The notes under the pieces are model-generated. The model was not told where the DNA came from, did no database searches, and worked only from the letters and a program-made list of their open reading frames with translations. Shown here one piece after another: positions 25,269-36,921 of a stretch of DNA of 64,000 nt (position 1 is the stretch's first letter; the number at the start of each line of letters is the position of its first letter). The position numbers and the translations under genes are program-made. The DNA is from Carcharhinus longimanus (lineage: Eukaryota). The DNA is taken from positions 60,928,968 to 60,992,967 of the forward strand of contig JASCQW010000081.1 in assembly GCA_030264375.1 (NCBI GenBank), written 5' to 3'.

Positions 25269-26394
25269 AAATCTTTGTGTTCTTACTATGGTGATTATGG
25301 GCTTCAGATGAAATTATATAAACACCATGAATAAATTTATTCTACAACTACCTGAATAAAATTCCAATTTTGTTTGTGTTTGGACAGCTTTGTTAATTAT
25401 TCTTGCAGAAAACCAAGTTGCAACTTACCTCCAGAAATATTTGAAACTGGTATTTTGTTGACGAGTTGGCCTCAGGGAGATGGCGCAGTCTGATTGTACA
25501 TCAATCGATTTCCAGGCCGAGTAAGGAATTAACTGATAACTGAAAGAGCATACTCTCTTGCAGCGAAAACATTTTATTTAACATTCTGTAAATTAATTGA
25601 AAACAAGCTGGTGAATGATTTTTTAACTTTCGTATTTTGTCAGCCAAAACAAAAGACTCATTGCCAGCAAGAGTGTCTTGTTCTGATCCTAAATTCTTAG
25701 CAATGACAGACATGTCTGAGAGACACTAACTTTTTTACAAGACTTCCACTGCAGTTGAGTATTTGTGTGTGTACACAACCGAGAAACGTCACATTGGTGC
25801 CAAATGTATTGCAAGAGTTCAAGGCGAGAGCACATCACAGTACAAACTGGTAACAGTGCAAGGTGGGATAGAGTTAAAACAGTCATTGCATGACGGGGAG
25901 TATCCCGAGAACAGGGAAATCAGTGGCCAAGTCATTCAGAACCCACATTTTGCGACTTCAGATTTCAATTTGTGCAACTAATTGCGGATTCGCAGTTAAC
26001 AGGTCGTAGGTGATCATTAGTCACTTTTATGTGCTAATTAATCTGCTTGGGCTGACAGAGACGCTTGACAATAAACTGGTTTGAGGCTGAATTGTGTGCA
26101 GGATGAAAAGACAGCAGCACCAAGAACAAATCAGTTCAAGCAGAGAATACACTGAACACTGCTCATGCGGTCTGATGAAGCTGGGGTGCAAGGGAGGTGG
26201 AGCAGGGTATTTTGAGTGAAATTGAGACTTAACTACACAAAAATATGCACTTAACCATAATTTTACTAATATTGTGCAATTCCTCCAGCGCATATGCTGG
26301 AATTTTAAGGAGCAAGTGTTAACTTTGGCATCTTGTCTCCGTTCAGCTGTTATTGAAACCCTCAACAACTCTTTGTTAGTTCGAGACTCAATGC

Positions 26395-26905
26395 AGTGCT
26401 CTACCCTCCATAGATTTGCCTTGTCTTGCTCCCTTGTCTTAACTCAAAGCAAGTCCCATTTCCCTGTCGCCCCTGTGCTCACTGACCTGGGTTCCCTGTC
26501 AAGCAACGTCTTGACTTAAAAATTCTCGTAATTTTTTACAAGCTCCTCTATGACCTTGATCCTCCCTTTTCCTTACCAGCTCCCCAGCAACCCCCCCCCA
26601 ACCTCTGAGACACAGCTTTATTTCTGGCCTCCTGTGTGTCACGATGTGGGCTCAGAGCCATTTTCCTTGTGTCCCAAGCAATGCAAATCAGCTCATTCAC
26701 GTGCAGACCAGGGTTCAGCTCTTCCGATAGGTCAGAAAGTGTGATAATGTGGTCTTCTGAACATTAACTGCTGCTGGCATTGGAAGATCCTGTCAAATAC
26801 CTCCTTATGTGGTTCAGTGTCATATGTTGTTGTATAACACTCCTGTGAAGCTGCTTGGGCTATTTCATCACATTAAAGACACTATATACATATATTTTGT
26901 TGTTG
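26395..26905 (+). mobile_element. L2 LINE 3' fragment
   Basis: PVAPVLTDL…PVKQRLDLKIL-like remnant, followed by the L2 tail (actcctgtgaagctgcttggg…ttaaagacactatata). Confidence 0.7.
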
Positions 26906-27777
26906 AAATTCTGATCTGGCAGCAGATAGTAACCAAAAGAATTTTCAGTTCACAACAGGTTCTCTTGACTTGGTCTGCAATTTCACCTCATTATGTGGAG
27001 GGGGAGCAAAATAAGTGCAAGGGATAAGTCACTTGGCATCACTGCCATGTGGCACATATTGCAGCTAAATGGCCTCATTTATACTAATCTGCTTACTGGA
27101 TTTAACAGGATCTTATTTGAGGTTTAAAAACGATATGCACAATGACAACTAGACACAATCCATCGAGCTTACAATATTTCTGGTATTTGTGTATATGTAA
27201 CCAGATGTCCCAACAGCATTGTTGGCAGAGAGTTATGCATGCTTTCCAAAGTTAGGGTGTGATAGTTATTGACAGATAAAAGAAGGGAGAGATCTCCATC
27301 TCCAATCTGACAAATGTGAGACATTGTGCATCAGGGAATGTAACTCTCTATATTGTCATTAGGAGTTGGGATATTTGATGTGTTTGGCCAAGTAGAACTG
27401 CAGTATAACTTCCACTCTGATGAAGCCAGTTTAAAATGAAATCCTGGTCTTATAATGGAAATAAAAGGAAAGTACCCAGTTTTTTCATGCTCACAAATTT
27501 AGATTCAATTGATGAAAGTTTCCAGCATTGAGTCAGATACAGGATGAAGACATTTTTGGTGACAAAGGTGTGGAAGAGCAGAACCAGCTGTTCCTTCCCT
27601 GGAGGAGTTCCAAAAAGTAATTGCAATTGTATGAAACTGCTTCATTAGTACCAAAGAAAAATACAAATAGTATAAAGTAATTGATACTGTGTAGTTTGAA
27701 TAAAATGATGTTCAATTCAAGTTGGCCATTTTGTCATTTCTCCGTAATAATGAACATCCTCACTAACAATGCTTATT

Positions 27778-28040
27778 GGGTGGCATGGTGGTTCGTTCTA
27801 CTGCCTCACAGCGCCAAGGACCAGTTCAATTACTGCTTGGGTCACTGCCTGTGCAGAGCCTGCACATTCTTCCCGTGTCTGCATGGGTTTTCTCCCACAG
27901 TCTGAAAGACATGCTGGTTAGGTGCATTGGCCATCAGTGCATCTGAACTGGTGCAGGAGTGTGACAACTTGGGGGTTTTCACAGTACTTTTATTGCAGTG
28001 TTAATGTAAGCCTACTTCTAACACTAATGCATAAACTTGT
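27778..28040 (+). mobile_element. V-SINE (alternative tail)
   Basis: gggtggcatggtggtt… head and tail gtgttaatgtaagcctacttctaacactaat. Confidence 0.8.
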
Positions 28041-28779
28041 CTGTCGTTAGGAGCCTCATTGATCAAGTTCAGCTGCACCCTTTTCCTATGTATCACTTTT
28101 TTTGTATTAAAAATTATAGTTTCTTGGCGGCATCATCAGCTGATGAGTTCAAATCTACACATTAATAGCGATGCAACTACCAATTTTAATGTGTAATGCT
28201 TTAAGTCCTGCCTGCTGAATGGCGTTGATGCCTGGCTGTTGTCTGTTATCCCTGTGTTGTCATTGTGTGTCATTATTAGCATTTATCCAATTCCATTGTT
28301 CAAAGAATGTGCTGTTAATCAACCACCAAATTTATAATAACACTATTTCACTTTATTATAAGCAATGTTCTGTCTTTTGTTTTGTGCAATGCAATGCCTG
28401 TTTGTTTAAGTGCATAAGCCTTTTAAAGGGCTAACTTTAGTTTAGCTTGCACAGCTTCTTCTGGGTGGCTGTGTAGCTTCAAGGTGATGTGTGTTGCAAA
28501 GCATTATGAAAATGCAGGTAATATTCTCTGCACTAACATGGTGGTGCACAGGCATGGTTGCAGTGGAGTTGGGTTAAGTTGTTCTGGTGGGAAAGTGGAG
28601 GTGAAGGATAATGGAAATGGCCAGGGGAAAATCACAACGGCATTTATGTCTGAATAATCCCTTTCTGAATATTTCAGATTATTTTCATAACAAGCTCTCA
28701 GATCTTGAGCTCACTTAATGTCAGTTAGAGATACTGATCAGCTGATTGAGTTAGCACCTGCCCTTCACAGCTCCCACAT

Positions 28780-28858
28780 TTATTATTCATTGATGAGATA
28801 ATGGGCATCATTAGCTAGCCAGCATTTATTGCCCATCCTTAATTGCCTTTGAGAAGTT
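28780..28858 (-). mobile_element. Family-B LINE / family-C SINE 3' tail
   Basis: gccagcatttattgcccatccttaattgcc. Confidence 0.7.
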
Positions 28859-29049
28859 TGGAAAGTAATGCTGCTTCCTTGTCCTCTTGTTTTCTTGGTG
28901 ATCTTCAATTTATGATCCCTCATTACCAATTCACTGACCAGGAGCGAGAGCGTTAATTGGTTTACCCTAACATCACTCTGCATGATATTTGGAGGTCCTG
29001 AGTGAATTTTGCTTTTTAAAAAAAAATTCCTGTAATGTTGCTGAAAAAA

Positions 29050-29155
29050 GAAATGTGCTGTCAAAACTTTTTGTCTTGCACTCATCAGGATAGTGCAAGA
29101 ATGCCAAATTTCAAAAGGAGGAATAATTTATGCTACATGAGGAACAGCTGCTGAT
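29050..29155 (-). mobile_element. Penelope-like inverted terminal repeat
   Basis: Carries the hammerhead motif at 29058-29093. Lies inverted just upstream of the Penelope RT fragment. Confidence 0.6.
29058..29093 (-). ncRNA. Decayed minimal type-I hammerhead ribozyme motif
   Basis: Minus strand reads ctatc CTGATGA gt-gcaag-ac AAAA agtt TT gacag. G12 is changed to A. Stem I pairs 4/5. Confidence 0.55.
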
Positions 29156-29372
29156 TGCACATTGTCCCTGTGTTTGCATGGGTTTCCTCCAGGTGCTTCG
29201 GTTTCCTCCCACTGTCTGAATGACATGCTGGTTAGGTACACAGGCCGTGTTAAATTCTCCCTCCATGTACCCAAACAGGCACTGGAGTGTGATGACTAGG
29301 GGACTTTCACCGTAACTTCATTGCAGTGTTAATGTAAGTCTACTTGTGACACTAACAAAAACTTTAAACTTT
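29156..29372 (+). mobile_element. V-SINE 3' part (alternative tail) inserted into the Penelope element
   Basis: gggtttcctccaggtgcttcggtttcctcccac…ctacttgtgacactaac. Confidence 0.85.
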
Positions 29373-29705
29373 ATCCCACACTTTAAATTGGAGCAATCTA
29401 ATGAACTCCCTTCCTTCAATGTGCTAATTGGAAATCTGCAATGGCTTCTTCATTCTNNNNNNNNNNNNNNNNNTTCACTGGTGGATACAAGAGTTAGATT
29501 CCTAACTTCGACATACATTAATGTTGGCTTTATCAGCAAACTCGGAAATAGTGGCACGTCATTTACTCACTGTGCAAGCTGATGGTGATGGGGCACATCA
29601 AAGCTAATGGCCAACCCGATCAGATCATTACACAGTGCATCATGAAAACTCATGAATGAGTTTATGTCCTTCAATTCCAGACATGAGAAGTGCCCAGTCT
29701 TCCTC
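29373..29705 (+). mobile_element. Penelope-like retroelement RT C-terminal fragment
   Basis: FKLEQSNELPSFNVLI matches the Penelope 'F.E.E..N.LPFLDVL' motif. It is followed by frameshifted remnants FTG…, ANGQPDQII (NGYP motif) and HEKCPVF. Confidence 0.7.
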
Positions 29706-29873
29706 GAGCAAATAGCTCAAAGTTGTGAATGCTGCGAATGTAGCTAAGGACTAAACACACCTCAGAAATGTAAGTTGAGTCCTTTCAGTCTAAATGCCCT
29801 TTTAATAGTGGGCAAAGTCTTAATTATTGTTGAAAACTCCTGACACTTGAAAATAAGCTTTCTAAAATATATG

Positions 29874-29985
29874 AGATGGAAGTTTCCTGTCCCGCCCATC
29901 TCGGGAAACGTAGCAGGTGGGACACGGACCATGCAAAGGCAGGATTTTCCAGTCTTGGGGCGAGTGTGGCCAGAAAATCCCGCCC
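29874..29985. mobile_element. MITE (PIF/Harbinger-like)
   Basis: Ends agatggaagtttc / gaaaatcccgccc, flanked by atg on both sides. Homologous to 22571-22701. Confidence 0.6.
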
Positions 29986-30059
29986 ATGGTGTTTTACTTC
30001 CAGATTTCTGTTATCATCGGAGCTTTAAAAATAGCCACACTTTTTAAAAACTACTTCAT

Positions 30060-30083
30060 TCTCTCTCTCTCTCTCTCTCTCTC
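30060..30083. repeat. (CT)n microsatellite
   Basis: Direct observation. Confidence 0.95.
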
Positions 30084-30624
30084 AATCTGGTCTTTCGTAC
30101 CCACTCTGTTTCTCGTCTGTACCTGATTTGACATTGAATCCACCCACACTAATTTACATTTCAGGGTTCAGATTGTGCAGCTTGTTTCATCTGGTTGAGA
30201 TGCATATTGTTTGCCCTGTTCATAGAGGTCCCAGATGCCTTGTAGAGGGCATCATGCTATTTGCGTGGCTCACTGACAGCAACATGCTGTGCTAAACCTG
30301 ATGGGCACGTGCAATTCTAACGAATGGCTGCTGCTCACGCCAACTTTCAGCCAGTAGCTTTTATTCTCAGAACTCCAGAGAAAGACACTGACTGGTTTAT
30401 TTTAAAATGTTTTGTTTGTAGCTTTTACCTTTCACACTGAGCATGCTGCATTTGATTAAAAAGAAGTAGCCTAACCCTAGATGAAATGACTATGAAACTT
30501 ATCACAGAAAAACGTCAGATGACAAATCAGTTGTGCTGCAAGGCATTATCACTTGGGGGACTTGAGATAATCAATTTATGAGCTGCAGTCAAATATCAAG
30601 TCATCTTAATCTAAAGTGTCAATT

Positions 30625-30995
30625 TGTTCAGTTAGAAGCACTTCTGTCTCCTGAATAAGAAAGTTGTGGGTTCATGCCACACTCCAGGATTTGAGTGCAA
30701 AATCTGGTTGACTCACTAGTGCCATACTGAGGGACTGTTGTATTGCTGGAGGTGCCATATTTCTAATGAGATGCTAAACCATCTGCTTTTCTGTTTGTTC
30801 TCCCAGAGTCATTCTGGTATCCTGGGTAACATTCTTCCCTCAAAATAATACAAAGAACAAATTAAAGAATGCACATGTATTTATCAACACTTTGTCATGC
30901 CTTTGGAATGTCCCAATGTACTTGCTAATGTAAGAATTACAAATGATGTGGTCATTCGTGACATTGATGTTTGTAGATCCTGCTGTGCACAGAAG
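30625..30995 (+). mobile_element. Ancient Deu-domain SINE (SacSINE1/AmnSINE1-like)
   Basis: tRNA-like head (gttgtgggttcatgcc), then tactgagggactgttgtattgctggaggtgccatatttctaatgagatgctaaacc, which resembles the Deu domain as recalled. Confidence 0.6.
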
Positions 30996-32149
30996 TAATA
31001 AGATTGCAAAAACTGGTATATTGCTATATCAAGAGTATTAAATTTGCTATAATGATATGTGAAATTCATTGAGAAGTACGAGAAATGTGTTATAATTCTT
31101 CACTAATCTTTTATTGTTTTGCAGCTCCAAAATTGGCTTGCCTTTATGGAAAAGTGGCATTTTTGTTTTGTTTTGCCACATGAAAATTTGCACAATTGCT
31201 TTTACACCACATTGTTAATGTACATTTGTTTGTGAATCATAGGCATTTCATATGCAATGGCTATTTCTTTTGCCTTTGTGGTGTGACATTCTGTGCAATT
31301 GCTCCAACAGATTTAACTTCTACTTGAGACTGCAAGAGTAACTTATTTCCATTAGTGTTTGAAATTATGGGGGTTTTACAAGGCATTTAAACTTTACAAT
31401 GGGTGCATATTCTGGCACCACATTTTAACCCATGGGTGTTGAAATAAAACTCTGTGCAATTAACCAGGTCTATTAAACTGTCAACAACAACAATTTTAGC
31501 AATTCTAGTTCTTGAGTTAGTAGTAGTCTGTGACCAGTGTCAATTTACAATCATTTGTTCATAATTAAAGCAGCACCAGTTTTGAAACATATGGTGAAAT
31601 CCACTGGAAGCACCCTTTAATTAGATAAATGATCCATTTTAACTTGCGTTTCAATGGTCCTATTGTGAAATAGAGCTCCAAATAACATCAGTAGTTCAAT
31701 TTTTAACATGGATGTGTCCAACACAGACACTTCATGAGCACTTCATGTTCTGGCTATATGACCCCTCAGGAGTCTGAGAAGACTAGATATATCATAAGTG
31801 AATCTCTGCATTGTGCTTGCAACAAATATAATTAATTCATACACAACTGAAGTTATTTCAAGAACCATGCCACCATATTTGATTACCCTTTGCAGAGCTA
31901 ACATCAAATGGAATAAAACTCAAGTGGTCTGAAACTGCTGCATTTGAGTTTCAGGATATAGAATGCAACCCATACATAAAATGTGAATCCCCCAGGACCA
32001 CTTGGCAGTGCACTTCATGTTGCTTAAAGACCCTCAGGTCAAGGAATTTTGTTTCTTCTTCACAGGGAATCACCTTCTGCAAGCAAATGGTGAATTGGAA
32101 GAAAAATTCAGGAAAATAATAGCGCCTGAAATTCAGCATTTAGAGTCAT

Positions 32150-32378
32150 AAACAGAAAATGCTGGAAAATTTCAGCAAGTCTGACAGCATCTGTGGAGAG
32201 AGAACAGAGCCAATGTTTCAAGCCTGGCAGACTCTTCATCGAATTTATGAAGCTAAACTCAGTGGAAGAGTCATCCTCAATGTTAGCCGTGTTCTCTCGC
32301 CACAGATGCTGTCAGACCTGCTGAGATTTTCCAGTATTTCCTGTTTTTCAGATTCCAGCATCTGCAGTAATTTGCTTC
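32150..32378. mobile_element. Palindromic Penelope-end element
   Basis: 32150-32205 and 32291-32346 are inverted copies (5 mismatches in 56 nt). Inner gactcttc/gaagagtc. Confidence 0.85.
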
Positions 32379-32509
32379 GATCAGCATTTACAGTATTGCA
32401 GCTTTTTGGACTGTTAGCTTCATATCTGCCAGGGTCTGATGATCAGCTTGCCATGCTCATCTTGAAATTCTCAAAAGGGAGGCTAGATTTCCTGAATTTT
32501 TAGCCTTTT

Positions 32510-32548
32510 AGCTTTGACAAAGGGTTGTCTGGACTTGAAACGTCAGCT
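32510..32548 (+). ncRNA. Minimal type-I hammerhead ribozyme motif (U3-A8 variant)
   Basis: agct TTGACAA a gggtt-gtctg-gactt GAAAC GTC agct. Confidence 0.6.
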
Positions 32549-32648
32549 CTTTTTGGTCTCCTTACAGATGCTGCCAGACCTGCTGAGATTTCCCAGCATT
32601 TTCTATTTTGGTTTCAGATTCCAGCATCCGCAGTAATTTGCTTTTATC
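32510..32648 (+). mobile_element. Penelope-like terminal repeat
   Basis: Same tail as 32290-32378 and 19900-19995. Confidence 0.8.
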
Positions 32649-32914
32649 CTGGTCCATTGTTGCTTATGCACAAAGGAACATCATAGCCAAGGTATTTGAA
32701 TTGGGCTGCAGCTATTTGGAACTTTTTCAGTCAGTGCGACTTGTAACAATTTTTTCAAAGAACACATCTGTTGCAAATTAGTGAGATTAGAAGAAATAAT
32801 GCAAGTGAGACGTGAGCTGATATCCATGTAACCAATTGTCGCACTGCATTATCTAATTTCTTGTAGAATTAACAGGGAGGGCATTTTATCATTTTTTTTT
32901 GTGTAGAAAGCATG

Positions 32915-33175
32915 AACAGCTGGATAAACTCAACAGGTCTGACAGCATCTATGGAGAGACAAACACTTCAATTTTTGAGTCCTTATTTTCCATAGAACTG
33001 AAGATGGATAGAAATATAATTGACTATCTAGTTGGAGAAGGGGTGGGGCGGAATACAAGGTCAGGGTTAGGTTGGCGCTAAGGAACGATTAACAAAAAGG
33101 TGTCATCGACATCGGACGGAGGGGCATTAAGGACTCAAGGAATGTGAATAGTGGCATCAAGTAAGATAGCAGACC
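32915..33175 (-). mobile_element. Penelope-like 3' region
   Basis: gctggataaactcaacaggtctgacagcatct matches 32161-32192. Followed by a purine-rich stretch, the mirror of the 19380-19500 type UTR. Confidence 0.6.
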
Positions 33176-34959
33176 CACCAGTGTGTTTTCTTTGTCAAAA
33201 TGTGTCACATGAGAGCAAGTTTCACTAGAGCGAGTTATTCTCTCTGATTACCTGTTTGTATTCTGATGAGAACTTGGCAATAGCATTATGAAGGTTAATT
33301 AGAGCTTTACTGGTAACTTTTGCTAATAATTGCTGATTGAGTGAGAGAGTGGGTTTCCAGAATTGTTCAGACATGCTCACATGTTTGGCCAGTATAGTGA
33401 TACGCCTGCCTAACTGAGCAGGGTCAGTAAATTTCTTTTTAACATCTGTAAACTTGTTGAACATGAGCAACCCTTCGACTGTAGCATTTAAACACCAGTT
33501 CTGCTCTGATCCTGCAGTTTATTGAAACAATTTTCAGTTGTGTGCAAATTGATAGTCAGTCATTTTGCAGTAACCTTGCATACGTTTGGAACTTGCACTC
33601 ATTCCATAAATGTCGCCCCATAAGCCGCTGACTGGGGCCCATTGGTTCAAAGCCATGGTATGTGTCTACCCTCATAAACTAACAGTTTTCTTTTCTTCAT
33701 GGAGCCAAAGATCCACATAAAACATTAAAGGTCAAGATTGGCTCGAGTGAACGCCGTGATTTCATCTATGGGATACAGGTTGTTCCATATCCAGATGACC
33801 CAGACAGCAAACAACAGTTTTATCACTGACTATGTTATGTGTAAACCCGCTTGTTAATCCATGAGATGTGAATGTAATAAAATCGGGATATTATGTGTAT
33901 AAAAGTGGACTTGGCTGCGCCTGCTCAATCTCGGTTTATAGTACAGAAGCTGCTGAGAATGTCAGTTTTCTTCTGATATTGTCATATGCCAGGAAAAAGT
34001 TCTGACTGTGTGAGTGGTATAAACACTGAACTAAAAGCCACAACTTTCCCAATGTAATCTTTTAATTAAGCGTTAATTTTAATTTCGTTAAAGTTGATTG
34101 CAAGACTGGGTCTTGTTCTGTTCAAAGCATTGCTTCATTCCATGAGAACAATTTACCTGAAACCTGCTTTGCGGGCTCAGGAAGGTAAAATATTTGTTTT
34201 GTTAAATGTTCGTAGATTTGTTATTAAATCAAGTTCACTTGGAACTGAAGAAGAACTTTATTTTATCAGTAAAATGTGTAAAGAAACTTGAATCAAAAGC
34301 CTCAAATATACAAATATTGATGTGCTGTGCATTGAAATTCAGTAACTCTGTGCTGTGATTTTTGGAAGGTTGTTTCGGTTCTTGCTAGAGAAGTTGAAAC
34401 TGGCTTGTTTTAATGTGCTCTGGCTGCAATGCTTTATTCCTTCACAGCTGATTAATACTGTCTGTCAATTATTTACAGATCCAGTGGTTCTGTGGAAGTT
34501 CCCAAAGGACTTCAGAGACCAGGTTTGAAACATGATTAACTTTTTAAAAAAATTTAATACTCTTTCCTCGGTAACTGTGACAAGGCGGAGATGAATGAAG
34601 CCAGTGAGCAGATCTCCCAGACATAAACTACAGCAATTGCCGTACAGACTTAGTGACAATGTTTTCAAAAGTGCAAATATTTTGTTTGATTAATGATAGG
34701 GTAACTTAATTTAATATTGATTTCAGTACTTCAATGTTCTTTTTCTTGCTCCCCTTAATTTCTCTCCAGACATGGGTAGTTTTTAACCAGCCTAATTTTC
34801 ATTTGGTGAGCTGTGAACTGAAATGATGGTGCTCTTCAGCATATTTTCTTTTGGTCGTTCTCATTGGAGAAAGCTTTGTCATTCTAAATGCAAGGAATAA
34901 TATCAATTGAAGCAGTAAAACTTAAATTATCTAGCACAGCTGGAGGACTCTATTGACTG

Positions 34960-35560
34960 GTCACATGGAGATGGGAACAGGAGCGGCTCCCTGTTCAGCC
35001 TGTCCTGAGCCTCTTACCCACTTTTACCTGTGAAAACTCAATGGATTTCAGGTTTGAAATTTTCAGTGGATTTAACCTCAGCAGTTTTTTGTGGGGAGGG
35101 GGGGATGTAAATTCTAGATAAGCTGTGATCCTTTGTGTAAATGCCTCCAGACATCAGTCCTGAATGGCCAAAATTTAATCTCAAGGTTATGACCCCTCGT
35201 TTCTGACCTGTGTATCAGAGGAAACAGCTCTTCCCTTATCTGGCCTATCAAATTTTCTATTCATCTCAGCCACTTCAATTGCTTCACACAGTAATCTTCT
35301 ATACAGGAGTATACTAGCATAACCTGTGCAACCTGTCCTCATAATTTAACCCTTTTAGCTCCTCTTTTAGTCTGTTCCACATCCTTTCTAAGGCCAGTAT
35401 ATCTTGCCTGAGATGTGGTGCCCAGAACTCAAGGCAGTGCTCCAGGTGTGATCTCATCAGAGCTTTGCACAATTTAAATATAACTTCTGCCGCTTTGTAT
35501 CTCATCCAATTTGAGATGAAGGCTAACATTCCACTAACCTTTTAAATCAGCTGTTGTAAC
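34960..35560 (-). mobile_element. CR1 LINE 3' portion
   Basis: ORF 35314..35529: LCKALMRSHLEHCLEFWAPHLRQDILALER…LKGLNYEDRL. Confidence 0.85.
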
Positions 35561-35629
35561 TCTACACTAGTTACTTTATAATGTACATTTGCACAGAATC
35601 AGTAGAGGCCAGTGGATACACTGCACGTT

Positions 35630-35962
35630 GAGACAGTTTTCTTGGATGGTGAGACCTGCGTTGGATAGACAGGTTGCACCTGAATCGAAATGGGACCGGT
35701 GTCCTTGCAATGAGGTTTGNNNNNNNNNNNNNNNNNNNNNNNNNNNNNNNNNNNNNNNNNNNNNNNNNNNNNNNNNNNNNNNNNNNNNNNNNNNNNNNNN
35801 NNNNNNNNNNNNNNNNNNNGCAAACTCGCTGGGGTCTTTTAAAAGACTTCTGGATGAGTATATGGGATTTAATGGGATTGGGGGTTATAGATAGGTATGG
35901 ATGTGATCGGCGCAACTTGTGGGCCGAAGGGCCTGTTTGTGCTGTAGTGTTCTATGTTCTAT
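35630..35962 (+). mobile_element. CR1 LINE: ORF1 esterase end, gap, then ORF2 end and 3' tail
   Basis: DRLHLNRNGTGVLAMRF before the 100-N gap. SLGSFKRLLDEYM and gggccgaagggcctg…(gttctat)n after it. Confidence 0.75.
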
Positions 35963-36716
35963 AATAACAAACAATGCAAACATGGGATAAGAACAAATGG
36001 TGCCAGGCGAGCAGAGTGGGTAAGTGAGAGGACGGTTTGAGTGGGCCCCTGCTGATGAAGAGTTAAACCCGGATTTTATTACACAGTGAAATGAATAAAT
36101 AATATTTAAATGGTGAGTAACTACAATTAAGGGATGGTAAAAATTTAACTAGTTGTATGACTGTTTTAAGAGCTGATCACGTGATTCCATGGTGATGTTG
36201 ATGGGGTGTTTCACAGGCTGCTGTTTTAGCTTCTGTTTGTACTCTACAGGCAACAATGCCTTCAATAAACCTGTTATGTGTTACTTTGAATCTATGTGTG
36301 CATCTGTTTTGTTTAAAATCTACAAGCCCAACAGAGTTTGGACATTTCAAAAAGAAAATTGGTGACAAGCTGAGATTTTGTTTTGTCAAGAACATTGAGA
36401 AAAGATCCTAAGCTAAAGATAAAAAACATTGAGGATCCTCACACTTTGAATATTGGAAAGCTGGGAGAGAATTACAGGATTAAAGTCTGAACTACCAGGA
36501 AGACCAAGTAAGAAAAAGCTCTTTGTGTGGTTTTAAAACATGTTTTTTTTCCAGTCAGAGTAGGGTGAGATTCCAGGCAGTGTCTGGCATGTTTTTAAAG
36601 AGGATTGTTCTGTTGCACAGCTGGGGCCAGTTAAAACAAAAAATCAGGTCAACGGGCTCCAAGTTAAATAAAATATACTGAGCAGTCTCGAGTTGCTGGT
36701 GCTGCAGGAGAAAGGA

Positions 36717-36921
36717 CAGGTTTCCTCCCACACCCCAAAGATGTGCTATTAGGCTGATTGGAGGTAATAAATTGTCCCTAAATTAGTTTCCCTCAATGTG
36801 GAATGCCATAATCATAGATAAGGGTCATGGGTGGAGGGGGGACTGGTAATGCTAAAATGGCAGCGCGGGCTCGTTGGGCCAAAGGGCCTGTTTCCCGGGC
36901 TGTTTTTGTTCTTTGTTCTTT
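36717..36921 (+). mobile_element. V-SINE fragment with CR1-type tail
   Basis: ggtttcctcccacaccccaaagatgtg…gggccaaagggcctgtttcc…(gttcttt)n. Confidence 0.7.
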
